The position numbers were made by a program, and so were the translations under genes. Source: Octopus bimaculoides (Eukaryota). Taken from it: DNA of 64,000 nt. The DNA lies in NCBI RefSeq assembly GCF_001194135.2, contig NC_068991.1:42986708-43050707 (forward strand), read 5' to 3'. Below the pieces are notes generated by a model. That model saw only the letters and a list, made by a program, of their open reading frames with translations. It had not been told where the DNA came from and ran no database searches. Below are positions 1 to 14,020 of the stretch, in pieces (positions within the stretch are counted from its first letter, which is position 1; every line of letters begins with the position of its first letter).

Positions 1-706
1 GAGAGAGACAGTCAAATATTTTGAGAAGATAGAAAGACAATGTTGAAATTACATTATGGGTGTTACATGAATGAGAGATTCAAGAGAGTTACAGTTGGTA
101 CTAGCTTGGGATGGTCTTCACTTTGAACTGGGGTGAGAATTGCAATTCTATATATGGTAATTATATGGCAATTCTATTTTATACAGTGATGTAATTTAAA
201 ACCATTTTAAACATCTCATTTTACCAAGCTACTGGAAGTAAATATCAGATCATCTTAGATTGCTGGCTAAGATAGACCAGTATTGTATCTAGTAATGAAA
301 TTTATCCCATCTTTAATAGTGACAATGGTCTTTAAAAGTGCTATTGGACTTGAAAGATATTTGTATACTGTTCCAAAATTAAAGACATAAAATTAGTGAC
401 CCCATGATGGTAGTGTTTGTTAGAGGGTAAATTAAAACTTTTTCAGCTGTGTAGGAAAAAAATGCAAAAATCTCTCTGGTTTGTGATTTGTGTGCCTCAG
501 GTTTACTATAATGTACCAGCTTATTGTTACTTGATCTTTCAATAATTAACTGTTCAGATTTCAATTTCTGTCATTCAACTAAGCTTTTCATTCTTTTTTT
601 TCTTTTATTGTTAAATCTATGCCAATAATTTACAGCCATTGACTATATTGGCTATAATCCTTCATTTTTAAAGTTATACTTGTACCTAGTCAGATGAAAT
701 CATGTG

Positions 707-709
<3 letters not shown>

Positions 710-792
<83 letters not shown>
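710..792. repeat. (GT)n microsatellite
   Basis: Uninterrupted GT run of about 41 units. Confidence 0.98.
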
Positions 793-797
<5 letters not shown>

Positions 798-1100
798 AGA
801 AAAACAATGAGGAAATTGTTTTGAATAATCATCCACATTTTTGATTGAAAGACTTTTCAAAATTTCATAATTCTTAAGATAAAACTGAAATATAGTCATG
901 ATTTTGAATGATTAGAAATAAAAAAAAAAATTTTTAATCCTTTCCTGTAACCATCTAGGAGTGGAATTAAACAAGATTACATTTTTATAACAATTTAAAA
1001 TGAAGCACATCAGAAGTAGGTTTGGAATAGTATGTACATTTTTTTTTCCTTTTTCTTATCTTTTTTTCTTGCATCTCTTCCATTTTAATATAGTTTGGAG

Positions 1101-1110
1101 ATATATATAC

Positions 1111-1145
<35 letters not shown>
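1101..1145. repeat. (TA)n microsatellite
   Basis: Slightly imperfect TA run. Confidence 0.9.
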
Positions 1146-1154
<9 letters not shown>

Positions 1155-2299
1155 TCTTTAACAAGAAAAGTACTGACTATAACTTTGAAGTTTCAACCAG
1201 CTAACCCATCAACATGACTACATATATGTACAAATTTGTATAAAGTATTTTCTGTTTTTTAGCACTCTTGATTTTCCCAATTCTTTGAATCATGAAATGG
1301 AATTCACCTCCATTTTAGCTTCTTTTTTTTTAGCTTTTTTTCTTTTATCATACAAGTTTATTTCTGTGGCTTCTAAATACAGTCTCGTCAATCTACCCTA
1401 GTATATTATTGGTTGATTTATCTTAAGCAGGATGAATGACAGGATTTGATTTTGAACTAGTCAATTTTTCCTTATCTTCATAAATCTAAGTATGACCAAG
1501 TAATTAAGAAGTTTGCTTTGAAATTATGAAATCCCAAATTCAATCCCACTGGATTGTACCATTGGCTAGTGTTTTTTACCATGACCTTGGGTAGAGCTAG
1601 TACATGGAAGTCTAGGTGAAACCCCTCTACCAGATAGATTGTGCTTAATATTTAAATGCTCAGCCTTGTCACATATTGTATCATCCTGATTCAATCTAAG
1701 AATTATGTTATGAGTACATGTGAATACTCAACCACTGACATGTTAATTTGATGAATAGTTGAAGATGATCAAATAGTTGAATGTTCTTCATCAAAACCAG
1801 TAGGATGGGATTTCAAAGTTCCAGCAGAGGTATTGAAATCACAGATTAACCCTATTGGGAAACCCCGACCAATTGATCAACCCAAATGATAGAAGCTGAA
1901 AGGACTTTGCAGCCAATCCATAGGCCTGATGGAACAACTGTTGTGAATGGTTGGTTTTGAAGTGTAATAGCCAATCAAAGATCATCTTTCAATAGATGTA
2001 TCTCTGTAGGAAAAAAATGTTTGATCTTTTTGGCTACACACACCAAAACATTGTCTCTCAAAAGGGTTAACAGCCTATCTGAATGTGCATGACAAACCCC
2101 TTAACTATACAGTCCAAAGTAGCTGATTTACAGACAAGGTTGTATTATATTCAAGAAAATAAATAAGTGTACAGAGAGCAGAGGAAGTCAAGTTCCCATA
2201 GGACACACTGAACAAGAACAATGACAGTAAAGTAAACAGAAATTGCTGAAAAAATACAATTATCTACTGTCTATTTATATCTCTTTTATTTACTCTTTG

Positions 2300-2301
<2 letters not shown>

Positions 2302-2330
<29 letters not shown>

Positions 2331-2490
2331 NNNNNNNNNNNNNNNNNNNNNNNNNNNNNNNNNNNNNNNNNNNNNNNNNNNNNNNNNNNNNNNNNNNNNN
2401 NNNNNNNNNNNNNNNNNNNNNNNNNNNNNNNNNNNNNNNNNNNNNNNNNNNNNNNNNNNNNNNNNNNNNNNNNNNNTATATATATATGCA
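2302..2490. other. (CT)n run, assembly gap (N 2331-2476), then (TA)n
   Basis: 146 N bases flanked by microsatellites. ORF-track entries here are artefacts. Confidence 0.98.
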
Positions 2491-2899
2491 TGTGAGTGTG
2501 TATATGTATATAAAATTTTGTCCATGTTATTTTATTGTTCAGCTCTGGTCAGAATCCCTTGGAGGTTTTTGAACCCCCTGACCAACTCTCTGAACATTCT
2601 TTAACAGTCTTTGGTAGTAGGAATTTATGGTGTTAGTTCCTGTTGCTTTCAAGTTTTAGTGAGTGTATTGTTTGTTTTTGTACTCAGAATGATGGCTATG
2701 CTTCCTTAGTATTTGTGGGCTAAGTGTGGACTATTTTCTCCATGCTTTTTAAATGTATCTTTTGGGTATATATCACTGGCCATGTCTATTTTTAATGCCA
2801 GCCATATTGCATTTTAAATAATTTCACTTTTTATCAGTGAAAACATTCTAATTATCTTTGACTCTTCATGTTTTGTTATTCATGGAATATGGAACTCGT

Positions 2900-4560
2900 C
2901 ATGAGTATTAAAGAAAAATAGGGTACAATGATTCATATGTTTACTATGAATTTGCTTCCATGATCTATAGACAAGAAAGGATGCAATGTGCTATTTGTTA
3001 CCTACATTTGGTAAATGATTCTCTGAAATCAATAACGTTAAAGCAACAACGACTGAATGTTTCTCCTCAACACGAGCAAGGATGAAAGTTTTTTTTCTTT
3101 AAAGGCATCAGGGGAATGCTCTCAAAAAGATGAAGCTGAATTCAACAGGAGTATTACAAGAAAGGAACCAAAAGATCACTGAAGCTTTGTCTGTTGTAGC
3201 AAAACAGAAAAAAAAAACCCCACTATAATTGAGGGAAGTTTGATCAAACTTAAAATGGTAGAAATTGTATTGGGAAATGGATTGGAGAAAAAAGAAACTT
3301 GGAGTTATTTCACTATCGAACAGTACTTTTAAAAGAAGGATCAGCAAATAGCCATTGACATCAAAGGTCAAGTTGTGCAGATCAATTCAGCAACATTTGG
3401 CTTATTTTCAATTCAAATTGATGAATTGACTGATGTGGCATTATGTTTGCAGCTACTGGTGCTTGCAAGATATGTTCACCCTGGTTCATTCAAAGCGGAA
3501 TATCTTTGTTGTTCTCTTGAAACTAAAACCAAGGCCTCAGAAAATCTTTTGTAGGATAATGTCTGTGGGTGCTGTACAGATTGAGCACTAGCTATGTCGG
3601 GGACAAAATCTGGATTTCGAGTTTGTGTGAAAAAGCAAGTGCCAAAAGTGAAAGGGATTCATTGTATGACCCATCATCAGAAACCGGTCTCAAAAAATGA
3701 TGCCAACTCCACTAGAGAAGGTTTTGGATCAAAGTGTCAATCTTTCAAAGGAGGAGCCCTCTATTCAAGTTTTACAAGCAGTTATGTATTGACATGGATG
3801 CAAGTCATCAATCTCTTCTTTATCATACAAATGTTTGACAGATTTCAAAAGAATATATATAACTGAGCAAGTTGCTGAGCTCAGATATGAGTACAAATTA
3901 GTTTATGAATGTCAATGAAAGGTGGAAGATTTTTTTAAAAGGTTGGATGAAAAATGCAGTATGCACATTGTATGTTTGGTTGACATTTTTGAGCAGTTGA
4001 ATAAACTAAACCTTCAAATACAAGGAAGTAATTAATATAAGCATCATAAAAATTCATCGATTCTTTGAAAGCCTTCATGTGCAACCTGGATAATTGGAAG
4101 AGAAAGGCCAATATTAAAAATATTGCAATGTTTGAGAAACTGTTATCAATTCTTGCTGCTGGTAACAACCAAGAGCTTTCATAATTTGCAAAAAAATTAA
4201 ATTATGCAGTACTTGACAGCACTGAAAATGGAATTAACCAATAATTTTCAGAACTATGTAATAATGAGTTGGATTTAGTGCAAAATCTATTCAAATTATT
4301 AATGGTAAAAGTTCCTGATGACTGTCAAGATGAATTCCTGGAGTTAAAGAGTGATTCGCAAGCAAGAGATGTATTTGATCAGAATTCAGTCACAAAATTT
4401 TGGCCTTTCATGTGCAATTCTTACCTAGAAGTAGCAGAAACAGCTATCCATTCGTTGCTTCCATCTGTGTCAAGCTATCTTTACAAATCAGGATTTTCAA
4501 CTTTGTTGCAAATGAAAATGAAGTAGATTTAAGGTTGAAAGTTACTTGCATTGTACCTTC
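2900..4560 (+). mobile_element. Decayed hAT transposase, Buster/ZBED5/Charlie type
   Basis: Frameshifted motifs in the expected order: YNDSYVYYEF..QCAIC (BED-like), KKPH, SLSNSTFKRRI, FSIQIDELTDVA..LLVLARY, CTD..AMSGTKSGF, HCMTHHQ, and LLPSVSSYLYKSGFSTL (hATC dimerisation domain). Multiple stops. TIRs not identified. Confidence 0.9.
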
Positions 4561-7500
4561 CACGTCTCACAGAATTGGCAAACTGAAGCATGCTTCAATT
4601 AACTTTAGTCTGTCAAGTTTGACTATAGAAATGACAGTATTTGTTTGACAAGACACTCCTTGGTAACTATCACATGAAACCCAGACAAAGAAACAGGAGC
4701 ACTTTCATACACACATATAAACATTAGCCTGTAACTCTTTAAGTTTGATCCTTCTACACTCTACTTTACCCAGTCATTTGTTCTATCAATTTAATGTAAA
4801 CCCTCTTTATACTCTTTTGGTGGGAAGTGGGGTGTTGAAGAATGGTAAGTTCGGATTTTGTATCTTAACTGCAAGTAGAAGCAGCAATGTAAAACATGCT
4901 TACTAAATTTTGATTAAATCTGCTGTAATGTATGAAGTGGCTAAAACCTAAACGGTTGATTGTGAGCAAAATAGTGGATGTGGGGGATGATTTTGAAAGA
5001 AAAACTGTGTATACTCAGTAATTTCTTGAAACTAGCTATTTATTTATCTAAAAAAAACTGCAATATCTCCTCTTTTCTAATTTTTGCTTACTTTTAAACA
5101 GCTTCAGAAAAATCAAACCTGCTTTCTAAAATTTATTCCTTATCTTTGATAAATATTCTCTCATTGAAAAATCATGTCCACTACCAACACTATATCTCTT
5201 CTCTGTATCTTCATTGTTTGTGTATATTGTGTAAAATTCTTGTTCTTGATTTAGATTTAATATGTACACTGAGTTTTATTTTCATTTAGATGATTTCTGG
5301 TAATCTGTTGAAGGAATTTTTTTTTGTGCCCTATCCATATATTTAGATATCAGGCAAGTTATCCTAAATCATTTATTCTGGGTGATTTTTATAAAAATTT
5401 AAGCAACTCTTGTTTATAGTGAAGTTATATATTTATAAATTATTTATCCATACATCTGTTGTTTTTGTACAGATAATTCAGATCTGCATTTTATTCTGTC
5501 AACTTCAAATAACACATAGGCTGCCTTTTCTTGAGTGGCAATAATAGTACCAATGTTGGTTGAATTAACTATATCTTATAAGAAAGGTTTGGGTCTCTTT
5601 TAAAAGAAACTATTATTGCACTACTGTTTTATGACTGTTTTAGTTTTACTTTTTTTTATTTTGTTCATGTTACAATATTGACTTTAGAGAAGTGGGAATA
5701 GAAATGTGATCTTTATGCCTTTCCCAAGGATATTAACAATGTGAATGGGATGAAATTTTCATAAGATATTTAATGCCTTTACTATATAAAAGCTTCAGAG
5801 TGAAGCCCTCATAATTTAGCATCCACTTTTCTATTGCTTGCATGGGTCAAGTGGAGTTCTTTAAAGCAGACTTTCTGTGGCTAGATTCCCTTTTTACATG
5901 CCCTTAAAACAAAGAGAACCAAATGAAATGTATAATCTTTGAGTTGATTCCCTTGTGGCACCAGTTAGTTTTCTACTGAGGATATTACATTAAAATTTTG
6001 TTTTGATACAGATTAAGGAAGGACTTCTCAACATTACAGCTATGAAAGAAGCAGAATTATAGTAGCAAAAAATCTTACCTGAACTAAGGAATAAGTAATG
6101 TGGAAAACTAATATGCTTATAACTATCAAGTGTTAGAGCTGAAAAAAAGTTGTGTAGCAAGATTTTAGAAATATTTGCTTTCTAAGTATATAAATGTTAG
6201 CTCAAATTGCTTCTCAGCTCCCAGTTGGGATTGTTGCAGAGTGCCTGTTATGTTATACTACTTTAGATAAACTGCAACTATCATGATGTTTTCTTCCATA
6301 GGCAAAATATTTTTAAAGGCATGACTTCACTAAATACTGTAATCATTTTTCAGAACCCATTTACTTGTTGGTTACCAGTTCATACAACCTTTTTTCTCCA
6401 GCGCATTCCACATACAAATGTATGTGTGTATGCATGTATCATATGTTTTAGTTGTACATTATCTGATTGTTGAAAATCTTAACTAGTATTAGGCTTACTT
6501 TATCTATCTTTTCATTATTGTAATAGGATATAATTTTATCGCATTATTTCCACGTTATTTTATCGTTTAGAGAAATGCTATTGTATAAATAAAAATTGAT
6601 CAGATTTTCATGCACTTAGAATTGATTGAGGTAATTATATTTCTTTTTTTCCAACATGATCTCATTTATTCTCAATTTTTAAAAATGTTTATTGGATGCT
6701 CACTTATTTTCAAATTGAAGAACATAACTCCAACAGCAAGATCAGTAATCTAATTTATATTTGAAAAATGGAATTAGGTAAACATCTAAACATCATATGA
6801 ACTAAATCTTCCCATTCTTTAATAATCTGCAAAATTTAACATTTCCATGTATTGATGGTATTAAACATTTTACATTAAATTTGTTTCCTTCTATATACCT
6901 GTACACCATTCAAGAGCTGCAGTTATGTCATGCTATGCTTTCAACAATGATTTGTATTTTGTCATGAGCACTTTGCTATGTCTAACTAAAATTTAACCCT
7001 TACAAGCTCTAACCAGTTAACTAAATAGTGGAGAATACAGATCTCTAAGTTGAGTGTATTTGTTGAATGTTCTATAGTAGCAGTATTTTCTTCAGATTCT
7101 CTCATAGCCCCCATCACTTTCAAATTTAAGTATTTTTCCTTTTGAGTTTTCAGTTTCTCATCTGCATTTATAAAGAATGATTTTGGTTATGAAGTAATTA
7201 TGTTAATTTAAAAGAACAGTATAAATAAATAATCTCAAATTTTATATTATTTTTAGACTTTGTAAAACAATTTCTGATATCTAATTTTGCTAGTACAATT
7301 CAGAGATTAACGTTTGTGAAAGAAAATCAGCCAACTGACAAAAAAATTTTAAATGATAATATAAAGACAACAAATAATGTATCTACAAATTATAAGTTGA
7401 TATTTTGTATAGATTTCTTGTCAGGATTGCTGTTTATCTATTGAAAGAAAAGCTGAGCTAATTGTTATTATGGCTCCAGTCTTTCATAGACCATTCACTG

Positions 7501-8559
7501 TTAAGTTACCATATCAACTAACATTTTCTGTTTCTGGCTGCAATGTAAATTGTTTTCTCTAAGTTCAGTAGATCCGTTGCTAGCTCAGATCCCAATGTCT
7601 AGAAAAGAAAATCAATACCGTCTGATTTCCGTTTCCAATCTTCCTTCAGAAAATCATTTGTGATTGGTCCTTCTTCGATCACCATTAGCTATTCGATGTT
7701 CCCATTACATCATGGTTTCAAGCCTCTTTTTACAACATAGTCTTTCTGTAACACTGTACTCCCCTCTGTTCATCTATTCAATGATATCTGCATGTGAAAA
7801 TTCTTTGATTTGACTTGTAATACATTCTATTGGGATTTCTTAGAAACGATTGATTTCGTGTTTCATAGACTGGCCTTTCTTGAGGAAGTAATAAATACTA
7901 TTGATTAATCGTTTTGGTTTGTGTTTAAAAGTTTATTGTTATTGGGGTAGGAGAGGCAGTGGGAGTTGCCAAAAATGGTGAAATGCCAGACTATATGCTC
8001 GACTGCATTTATTTAGCTTAATCATTTTAAGCTATAAGTTCAGTTCTTGTCATTGCCAACTTTACCTTTCCTTTTTATGAAGTAAAAAAAAAATCAAATA
8101 CCAGTTATATATTGAAGTAAATTCGTTCAACTATTGTTCCTTAGAAAAATTAACCTTGTTCCTCATTGAAGGAAATCATTACAAATAAAGAAGTAGCATT
8201 GGTGAAGCTAGTGTGCCTGCCTGTAATAAGTTTTATGGTACATCCCTAGCCAAATTCAAATTTGTTTTAAATATTGTATTGTCTTTAATGCATCAGCAAA
8301 TAAAAAAACAACTGAAGTACATTGTGTAATTTGCCTTACCTTTGTATTGAAGTGCAAGGAGTTAAAGAATATTAGGTCTAATTTTTATGCCTTAAAATGT
8401 TGGCGTTTCACTGATAGAATTATTATATGCATGCACATACAATTTAACAGGTATTTTTCAAAAATGTGTTTTTATATTTTTTAATACTATGAATTTATCC
8501 AGTCTGTGTATAATTATATACAGATTATTGGGTTGGATAAAATGGCAAACACAAGTAAT

Positions 8560-9426
8560 ATAGTTTTACATAGCCTTAAAATGATTAGACACAGAGTTTC
8601 GGGTTAAATTTGACAGTTTGCATAAAAGGAAGAGAAAGCACAATATCTTATCCAAAAATAACGAGTATTTTAGAAACTCAAAAATATCAACTAAATTATG
8701 GCTGGGAGATAACAGTTTATTCAAAGTAGCTACCCCAGCTTCCACCATGGCCTGAAGATAGCTCCAGAACCTTGTGCATTCGTTCCTCACTGTGTCCATG
8801 GGCAGTTCTTTGAATTCCTCTTTGATCTTGGCAACTAGCTTAGCCTTGGTATTTCAGGCAGAGTGGTTGGTGCTTTTCTCAACCATCTTCCACACATAGT
8901 AATCCATGAGATTATAATCAGGGGAATTAGGAGGCCAGCAATTTGGGCTGGTGAAGTCATAAAAATTCTCTGACAACCATTGCTGATTCTTTCCAGAGGT
9001 ACGGCAAGGGGCTAAATCTGCTGCCACACATATGGCCTTCCTGCAGCAACCTTCTCCAGCCAGTTGTTGTGTATCCAGTAGCTTCACAAAGCCATCTAAA
9101 TTGAGCCTAAAGGCCCTGTTGGGTGAATTCAGGTGTGCAGATGCAGTCTCCATTATGGCTCTCTATGTCACATCTTACAACCTTTACAGTTTTCACAGAG
9201 CACTGAGCAGCAGTCATGATGCCAGCATTTTGATACCCAGTGCAAATCATCATGATACAAGTAACTCTTTTCCAATATTCAGATGGCTTCCTGTCCTTCA
9301 TGTCAGCTAACTTTTTCTCAATTATAACGTTTATACTCTCCAACATTGTTGTTTGTTCACCAATACATCAAGCAGTTCTTGAAAAAAAAAGACATAATAA
9401 TCATCAAATTTAACTTAAACACCTTG
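8560..9426 (-). mobile_element. Tc1/mariner-superfamily (maT/DD37D-like) transposase remnant
   Basis: WPPNSPDYNLMDYYVW motif and C-terminal VRNECTRFWSYLQAMVEAG. TIR-like aaatttaacttaaacaccttgta at 9406-9428. The other TIR is not evident. Confidence 0.85.
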
Positions 9427-9490
9427 TAGTTGGAATGCCTTTAATCATATTACTCAGTTAGGGCTGACCTGGGTCTAAACAAAAACTAAA

Positions 9491-9520
9491 GTCACTATGA
9501 GTCACTATGAGTCCCTATGA
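9491..9520. repeat. Three copies of a 10-bp tandem repeat (gtcactatga)
   Basis: gtcactatga gtcactatga gtccctatga. Confidence 0.9.
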
Positions 9521-11139
9521 AGTGAAACATATTGGTTATATAGTTAAAATTATGTTCCTTGCAATGGCTGTTGTGTAGTTTAAATACAAAACTCTATGAA
9601 CAGTCTAACCACTCAGCTACCAATCTTAATCAATTATTTCTTAGTGAATATCATTGCAGATCTCCCATGTTACTCATTTACTAAAGTGATGCATCTAAGT
9701 TCCCTCTAATCTGATAGGGATATATTTATAAACTTTCAGAGGAAAACCTGAGAAAATACAGTAATATTACCCACATTCTCAAGGGTGACAGTGATGAATA
9801 TAGAAATTTAGACAATATTGATATACTGCAAGTTCTATAAGAAGTTGAAATGTGACTGGTTTCTTTTACTGCATCTTACTCTTCTCTTTAAAATTAGATT
9901 AGCAGTGGGAGGAGTCTTGTTTCTATTGAGTCTGGAAATAATTTGACAGCTAAATTTATAAATAAATAAAAAAAAATAAAACTGATTTGATATAGCATTA
10001 AATTTAGTTTTCATAATTTGTCTGACAATTTAGCTTTGAGAAAAGGTTTAGACAAATGCAGTTTGTGAAAATTCAACATTGAATTGAGGACTTATTTAAA
10101 TTTTTTATTGATATTTAATCTTGAGTCTATATATCCTTTGTGTGTTTTTCAAGTTTGATTAGCAGTTTAAATACGAGGTGTTTGCAATAAGTAATATCAC
10201 ATGATAGTTGGAAGGCTGTTGACCAGAACCACTGAAGATTCTCTTGAATAAGAAAAGTCATGAGAAAGGGAGATTAATGTGGTGAAGTCAACTGGAGATA
10301 AAAAATATAAAGTTGTGTCATGTAATTCTAGGAATGTATGTATGTATGTATGCAAAATATAGATACTTAAACAAGTCACTTTATTGCATATGTAAATGAT
10401 TGATCAAATTTATTTGTGAGTGAAATGAAATGGGTGTCACTCTGGAACTTAAAATATGATTATGGATTCAATTCAGAGAAGTTCTAACATTCTGTGGTAT
10501 ATTTCAATATTAATTCATATTGCTCATAATTTTATATAACTCTTTTTTTTCTTTTTTATGCTGGTAGTAGACATCATTAAATTTATTCTTGAAGTAGTTT
10601 AGTGCTCCAATCCAGGCATATTAATGTCATTAATCCAGTAAAGAATCCAGTTGCAGAAATCTATTCATTTTCAAACAAAACCATTCAGAAAGGCCACTTA
10701 TTGACAGTAACCAATTACTGCCAGGAAGCTGGTGGCTGTTGATTACATAGTGATACTTGTGCTAAATTGTTTTTTATTTGTTTTATTCATACTAGGCTGC
10801 AAGAATTCCATATCAGTTGGTGGGGGAGCAACTTAATAACTGATATTAGTAATGATATGACTTTATTAAGAATGAAGCTCAGGATTGTGGAGATACTGGA
10901 AGTTGGTAGTTCATTCATGTTCAAGGATACCACTTTATTGACAGTTGCATCAAGGATTTTGACATCAAGCAATCAGCTCCATTTAATGGGATTACACTAC
11001 CTGCTCCACTGAAGAGAGTTCATTCAAGAAAATGGTTATTAAAATAACCATCAAGTCAGCCACTCACTATTGACCCCAAATTGTCAATTAATTCTTCATA
11101 AATGCAGGTTCCATGAAAAAAAGCATCCATTACACTATA

Positions 11140-11290
11140 AAGTGGTTGGCATTGAGAATGGTATCAAGCTGTAGAAACCATACCCCAGCAGACATTGTAG
11201 CTTAGTACAGCCCTCTAACTGAATCCTGTTGGCACATCCAACCTCTGCCAGCTTGAAAAGCAGATGTTAAATGATGATGCTGATGATGAC
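11140..11290 (+). mobile_element. SINE 3' fragment (V-domain-like, (TGA)n tail)
   Basis: Degenerate ggttggcattgagaatggtatcaagctgtagaaac ... gttaaatgatgatgctgatgatga. Similar to 25520-25570. Confidence 0.65.
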
Positions 11291-11581
11291 ACACCAAGGT
11301 TAAATGGTATAATGTATATGACTTTTTCAAGAATACTAATAACATCATCTCTCAAATTTTTTACTGAGTGTTAATTTCTGTTTGCCAAGTACATATCACC
11401 GCAATCACTGATTAATTAATAGGCTTGAAACTTACAAGGAGAGAATAGGAGACTATTATGTTCATACCTTTCTAAATAACAATGTAAATGGAAATCAGAA
11501 CTGTTGCAAACAAGATGCTAGCACAATTCTCTTGGTAATGCAGACTTTAGGCATTACCAAGAAAATTAGTGCTACTAATAA

Positions 11582-11800
11582 CCCTTTCTAATTTAGGCAC
11601 AAGGCCTGAAATTTTGGGTGCGGGGGCCAGCCAATTAAATCCCCCCCCCCCCCGTACACAACTGGTACTTAATTTATCGACCCCCAAAAGGATGAAAGGT
11701 AAAGTCGACCTCAGTAGAATTTGAACTCAGAATGTAAAGACAGACGAAATACCATTAAGTATTTCCACCGGTGTGCTAACAATTCTGCCAGCTCACTGCC
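11582..11800 (-). mobile_element. tRNA-derived SINE with Meta-like central domain and 16-bp TSD
   Basis: Minus strand reads ggcagtgagctggcagaattgttagcac...gttcaaattc...gtcgactttacctttcatcc...gtcgataaattaagtaccagtt. TSD ttagtgctactaataa at 11566-11581 and 11801-11816. Confidence 0.9.
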
Positions 11801-12849
11801 TTAGTGCTACTAATAATGATAATAGTGATCATAAGTGATATACTTGACAAATAGACTATGATTATGCTTGGTTAGAAATCAATAATGTTAAGACAATTTT
11901 TGTAGAAGTATGGTTTCTTCAATCAAATCTAGTATATTACTGATACTTATATAATTGAGTCTAAGGTGAATGTCAGGTAAAAATCAAACTCGACAGAAAC
12001 AATAAGTTACAGTTACCAAGTTATATTTTATAAAATAGCTCACTTGGAATTTTACTTCAAAGCCAGTTTGGTTACCATAATTGGGATGAGGGTAGGGAAA
12101 AAGAGTTGAAGAAGCTGGAGTTGTTCTAACTAGGGTGTTAGATATTCTTAGCATGAGACTTTTCCAGATTGTGTTCTCCAGGGAAATGTTTTTAAGTAAA
12201 TCCATATGCTTGTGAGCAATAAAGGAGATGATTGTATTAAAAAAAAAAAAAAAAAAGACATAGCCAGTTTCATAGCAGCTTAGCTATATGAGAAGAGCTT
12301 ATATTGAATAGAGTGCACTCCAGTTTCAGTGCTCAGCTGGAACACCATCACTTACTTTATCTTTGGGAAAAGCTTAGATTTCGTAATGTCCCAGTTTCTT
12401 CACATTCTTTTAATACCCAATTGATTAATTATATATTGTCAAGAGATTAAATGGGCAAATAAAGTAAAATTTTTGACAACCAGTTGTTTGATTCTTTCCC
12501 AGAAATTGTTTTATCACAGTCTTAGTAATACACTTTAATCTTTGCTAGGGCTTTGTATTCTTAAGAAATCATTTTTTTTTTTATTACTGTAACTAATAGT
12601 AAAGTTTACTTTCATGGAATTTCCTTCTGCATTCAAATCTTGTCATGCAAGCTTTGCTTTCCATCATTCTGAGTGTGATGAATAAAATACTCATCAGTCA
12701 AGTACTGGGCTCAGTTGCTTCATCCCTTCTCCAAAATATGTAACCTTGTCCCCAAGGTTATTATTATAAATGTTCAATTAATTTAGATGTCCTTTCTCAG
12801 AACTAACATTAGTTCCTGGTTTGTTGGTAGCCTAAATTGAAGCAATTAT

Positions 12850-14020
12850 CTTACCAGAAGAGATGATTGTCTTAGTCTTAAATTAGTCCCTTTTACTCCC
12901 CCTGAAGCATTGGGTAGCAAGAAGTCTCCACACAGGCAGGTCCTCCTCTGCAGTCTTCAACCAGCTTTTGATAGTTCTGCCGCATCTGCTATGCCCTTTC
13001 TCTAGCTTCTACTCAAAAGAGGTTTTCATTTATCTCTTCATGGGCATGTGTAGTACATGGCCAGGCGTGTTCTGCCATTTCAGTGATATCTTGTAGGTTA
13101 CTCAACCTAGCCTTTTCCATGACTCCTTTATTTGTGATGTGGTGATGCCAAGAAATTCTTAGTATAGTTCTTTCTAAGTCAACTCTGCAGAAAACATCTG
13201 TTGTCCTATAGGTTCTGCTGGTCCTTTTACATGTCTCACAGGCATAAATGGCTGTCAACATTACATTTATAGAAGCAGTGTTTGGTATTCTGCTTGATGG
13301 TGGAGTTGGACCTTTCAGTTCAGACCCTGGAAGACAACTTCAGATTTGCTGAGTCTCTTTTCCACATCACTTCCTGAGCTTTTATTGTTAGCAGCGTTAC
13401 TGTCTATATATGTGAATGAATGAATGGTCTCCAGAATTTGGTCCTTCAGCCAGGGATGTTGCTGCTGTGAAATACTTCCATCCTTTCATTGCTCCAGGGT
13501 TGACCTGAAGACCAACATTGAAGCTGGTGTTATTGATATTGCTGGTTATGTCTTGCATTACTATAGATGTGGTACTAAGGAGTCCTGGGTTATCAGTAAA
13601 GTCAAGATCTATGAGTCTTCCCTGTCCCCCATTTGATGCTGAATGCTTGATTGCCTGTGGATTTCCTCATGATGAAATCTACCACCAGCAGGAACCAAAA
13701 AAAAAGGGTGACAGTTCACATCCTTAATGCACCCCTGTGACAATTCGAACCTTTTTTATGTTCTTATCTTTGGTTCTAACTTAGCAGTGTCTTTTGGTAA
13801 TGTGGTCACATAATATTGATGTAGTAGGTGGGCACTTCATGCAACATGACAATTTTCTATAGAGACTTCTTGTGCAGGCTGTTAAAGGCCTTTTTGAAAT
13901 AAATGACATTGACCACAAATGGTTGCTAGCTCTCGCAACTTGGTTTGATGGTGTGTAATGTGAAGATTTGTTCACTGCACAATCTTCCTCTTCTGAATCC
14001 CACCTCTTCTGCTCATAAAT
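12850..14020 (-). mobile_element. RTE-clade LINE reverse transcriptase remnant
   Basis: Frameshifted KAFDSL motif, then YACETC..LERTILRISWHHHITN..VM, resembling RTE YGCETW/LRRILxIxW, and a RHAW/WPCT trace of RWLGH. Confidence 0.85.

Noticed and set aside
11531-11561. Perfect 11-bp stem cttggtaatgc/gcattaccaag with a 9-nt loop
   Set aside because: Too short for a pre-miRNA, isolated, and plausible by chance in 64 kb.
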